From an uncultured Muribaculaceae bacterium (lineage in GTDB: Bacteria; Bacteroidota; Bacteroidia; Bacteroidales; Muribaculaceae): a DNA stretch of 64,000 bases. The notes under the pieces are model-generated. The model was given only the letters and a program-made list of their open reading frames with translations, was not told where the DNA came from and did not search any database. Of this stretch, positions 61,168 to 64,000 are shown piece by piece (the first letter of the stretch is position 1; every line of letters begins with the position of its first letter). Made by a program: the position numbers and the translations under genes. The DNA lies in NCBI GenBank assembly GCA_910579845.1, contig CAJTWL010000002.1, positions 107,074-171,073 of the forward strand. The letters are read 5' to 3'.

Positions 61168-61923
61168 CTAATAATACTTCCCGAGTGTACCGTTCCGCTT
61201 CCATATCAACAGCAATATCAGACCGAATATCATGCCGCCGAGGTGGGCGAAATGAGCCACGGAATCCATGGAATGTCCAACTCCGAGGAAGAACTCTATG
61301 ACGGCATAACCGGCAACCATGTATTTGGCTTTGATAGGTATCGGTATGAAAAACAGGTAAAGCGGCATGTTAGGGAACACAAATGCAAACGCAAGCAGGA
61401 TTCCGAATATTGCTCCCGACGCGCCGATTGTCAGAATCTGATTCTTCATCATCGCCATACCGTCAAGGAACTGCGTGCTTCCCGAAGCTATCGACTGCTG
61501 CACAATACTGTTCATTGTCTCGTAAGTCATTCCATTGAGTTTGGCAATGCCCGCGATATAATCATGTTCCCACGTAAACCACCACACGAGCTCCTGTATA
61601 ACAGCCGCTCCGACCCCACACACGAGATAATATACAAGAAACCGCTTTGATCCCCATACCCGTTCAAGTATCAGACCGAACATATAAAGGGAAAACATAT
61701 TGAAAAATACGTGCAGGAAACTATGATCGTCATGCAAGAACATGTATGTGAACAACTGTGCAGGGTTGAAATAGTCGGAAGCCACGAAATGCAATGCACA
61801 ATAACGCATTAGTCCGTTCTCGGCAAACCCCGGAAGAATAATTTCAACCAGCCATATGAGCACATTTATAATTATAAGGTTTTTCGTGACTGGAGGCCAC
61901 TCTGAAAATCTATTTCTAAACAT
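61168..61923 (-). CDS. Rhomboid family intramembrane serine protease
   Basis: TYMFLH, HVFFNM, GASGAIFG, AHFAHLGG; start set at ATG 61923 because the longer TTG start lies inside element copy 4. Confidence 0.93.
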   Translation of the reverse strand: MFRNRFSEWPPVTKNLIIINVLIWLVEIILPGFAENGLMRYCALHFVASDYFNPAQLFTYMFLHDDHSFLHVFFNMFSLYMFGLILERVWGSKRFLVYYLVCGVGAAVIQELVWWFTWEHDYIAGIAKLNGMTYETMNSIVQQSIASGSTQFLDGMAMMKNQILTIGASGAIFGILLAFAFVFPNMPLYLFFIPIPIKAKYMVAGYAVIEFFLGVGHSMDSVAHFAHLGGMIFGLILLLIWKRNGTLGKYY

Positions 61924-61949
61924 CAATTTTCTTTTATAATTTTGCAGAT

Positions 61950-62142
61950 GAACTTGTATAAACTTATTTTTTATTAACATTGGCAGAATATTCTTGAGAC
62001 GATTCTGTCACTCGAAGAGGCAGCAACCTTTCGGTTGGTGCCGATGAGAGGGGCAAAAGCGACCAAAAAGATTCGCCAAGGTTGATAAAAGAATGATATT
62101 CAAATCTATTTTTGACATTCGTAAATAAGTTTAGACAAGTTC
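61950..62142 (+). mobile_element. MITE-like structured element, copy 4 (193 bp)
   Basis: TIR GAACTTGTATAAACTTATTT / AAATAAGTTTAGACAAGTTC (1 mismatch); GAT on both sides; core GAAGAGGCAGCAACCTTTCGGTTGGTGCCGATGA at 62014-62047. Confidence 0.78.
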
Positions 62143-62269
62143 GATGGATTACAAACCCATCGTTTAAACATTTTTTAAAGGAAACGGTTTTGAATTACAA
62201 AGATAATACTTTGGTATCGTCTTTCCAACTTCACGACATCCTCAAATTTCTTAGAAATTTCTTAATTAT

Positions 62270-63235
62270 ATGGAAAAATGCCTTCTTATCGTCAATCCGA
62301 TTTCAGGCACCTCCTGTAAACACGGATTGGCAGAGCGCACTATCCACAAATTACGGCACTCAGACATAAAGGTAGAGGTATTATACACAGAAAAGCCTGG
62401 AGATGCACGCAAGTTTGCCGAAATGGCCGCCGGGAAGGGGTATCTCGGTGTAATCGCCGCCGGTGGAGACGGAACCGTCAATGAAGTGGCATCCGGTCTT
62501 ATAGGAAGCGGTACAGCTCTGGGAATACTCCCCGTCGGCTCCGGCAACGGGTTGGCACGACATCTGAATATTTCAACCGACATCTCGGATGCCCTGAACG
62601 TTATAGCCCGACACAATATCGTGGACTGCGACTACTGCGATGCAAACGGACATCCCTTCTTCTGCACATTCGGGCTCGGATTCGATGCGGCTGTAAGCAA
62701 GAATTTCTCCATGTCGCAACACCGCGGACTCGCTACATATATAAGAAGCGCTCTTCAGGAATATCTTAAATTCGAACCATCGGAATACCTCCTCGAAGCC
62801 AACGGCAAAAAGATAAGATTCAGAGCATTTATCGTCGCGGCATGCAATGCTTCCCAATATGGCAATAATGCGTTCATCGCTCCGGAAGCTTCCATAAAAG
62901 ACGGCTTGATGGATCTTACAATTGTACATGCCGGCACCCCGTTGACTCAGGCTATCGTAGGAGTCGATCTCATGACGGGAATGATTCGCAACAACATGAT
63001 AATCCAGACCATGAAAGTGCGCGAGGCATCTATACGGCGTCTCACAGAAGGTCCTGTACACATTGACGGGAATCCGATGGTGATGGGAGAAGAGATAAAA
63101 CTGCAGTGCCACCACAGCAAACTGAAAATTTTCACAACCGGTGAGACTCATCCCATCCATCCCATTCTCACACCTTTAAAATATTTCAATCGCGAGATTC
63201 TGAACAGATTCCGCAACCTCCGCAACAAGAATTGA
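62270..63235 (+). CDS. Diacylglycerol kinase family (YegS/BmrU) lipid kinase
   Basis: IVNPISG, AGGDGTVNEV, LPVGSGNGLAR, G.GFDA, N.SQYGNN, HIDG motifs. Confidence 0.93.
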   Translation: MEKCLLIVNPISGTSCKHGLAERTIHKLRHSDIKVEVLYTEKPGDARKFAEMAAGKGYLGVIAAGGDGTVNEVASGLIGSGTALGILPVGSGNGLARHLNISTDISDALNVIARHNIVDCDYCDANGHPFFCTFGLGFDAAVSKNFSMSQHRGLATYIRSALQEYLKFEPSEYLLEANGKKIRFRAFIVAACNASQYGNNAFIAPEASIKDGLMDLTIVHAGTPLTQAIVGVDLMTGMIRNNMIIQTMKVREASIRRLTEGPVHIDGNPMVMGEEIKLQCHHSKLKIFTTGETHPIHPILTPLKYFNREILNRFRNLRNKN

Positions 63236-63249
63236 TATATAATAACAAG

Positions 63250-63284
63250 AAAAGGGTTTTAGCTCTAGAGCTAAAACCCCTTTT
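63250..63284. terminator. Bidirectional intrinsic terminator
   Basis: AAAAGGGTTTTAGCTC-ta-GAGCTAAAACCCCTTTT. Confidence 0.8.
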
Positions 63285-63356
63285 CATAAAATAAGCAAAT
63301 GTTTTATTATTTTATGGAAATGTTCAAATAATAAAATGCACCGATCGCAGTCCGGT

Positions 63357-64000
63357 TTATTTGCCAAGCCGTGCCTTTTCGCGCTCGATGTATGCATCCA
63401 CTGTCAGACCGTTGCCTAACTGGAATGTAGGATACTCTTTTGAAATAGACTCATAGCATTCAAGTGCCTTGTCATATTTCTTCTGTGCATCATAGATATT
63501 AGCCTCTTTCAAAAGCACACGCGGAACGATCTGTTCGTTTCTGCCTGCCTTGTTTACAGCCTTGTGATAACAATCTATAGCTTCATCATATTTCTTGAGA
63601 TTGACAAAACAGTCTCCTTTCAGAACCAAGGCATTTGCCGCAAGAACAGGCTCGGATGTCGAGAACTTGTCGAGACACTCGACAGCCTCTTTATATTTGC
63701 CAAGCTCATAATAAGACTCGGCAGCGCTTAGACTGGCAAGTTTGCCGGCATCTGTACCTGAATTCTTATCCGCAACCTTCTTATATTCGGCAGCCGCCAC
63801 TGAATCGTTGCCTGCCGCATTGATCTCCACCTGATTATATGCCTCGAACGCACGGTTGGCGCGAGGATTGCGGTATAGGAAGATGTAGCACATAACCAAT
63901 GCCGCCACAGCCGCCACACAAGCGACCACTATATAAATAACCTTCTGGTTCTTTGCTATCTTTTCGCTCGCCGAGGTTAGATTTTCATTCAATTTCTCAA
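63357..64000 (-). CDS. Membrane-anchored tetratricopeptide repeat protein, 5' end outside window
   Basis: Single TM followed by TPR repeats; frame is open to the window edge. Confidence 0.85.
   Translation of the reverse strand, partial: EKLNENLTSASEKIAKNQKVIYIVVACVAAVAALVMCYIFLYRNPRANRAFEAYNQVEINAAGNDSVAAAEYKKVADKNSGTDAGKLASLSAAESYYELGKYKEAVECLDKFSTSEPVLAANALVLKGDCFVNLKKYDEAIDCYHKAVNKAGRNEQIVPRVLLKEANIYDAQKKYDKALECYESISKEYPTFQLGNGLTVDAYIEREKARLGK

Overview
A 64-kb window from a Bacteroidales chromosome. Bacteroidetes-type TAnnTTTG promoters and SusC/SusD pairs support this; a 'PVEYYNLQG' C-terminal sorting motif suggests Muribaculaceae (inference). Most of the window is housekeeping (glyQS, lemA, cca, ricT/PSP1, rny, zapA, lptD, AddA/UvrD-like helicase-nuclease, pnp, argS, hup, dcp, rhomboid, DAG-kinase family). 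It also holds two susC/susD loci with no recognisable glycoside hydrolase. These instead carry phosphoester-type enzymes (GDPD, sulfatase-fold protein, S1/P1 nuclease, EEP) and a lipoprotein resembling TagC/phage receptor-binding beta-propellers. The most striking unexplained signal is a dispersed family of 183-193 bp non-coding elements at 4595, 24337, 26391 and 61950, plus a 65-bp hybrid remnant at 49281. The copies diverge strongly in sequence but share one architecture: 3-bp flanking direct repeats, copy-specific terminal inverted repeats, a long strand-specific rod hairpin, a 34-nt apex of tandem G-A mismatches starting 63-64 nt from the end, and a GAA...TTCGY third arm. No transposase, RT, tRNA, rRNA or CRISPR array was seen. 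All product calls come from motif recognition by eye; no database searches were run.
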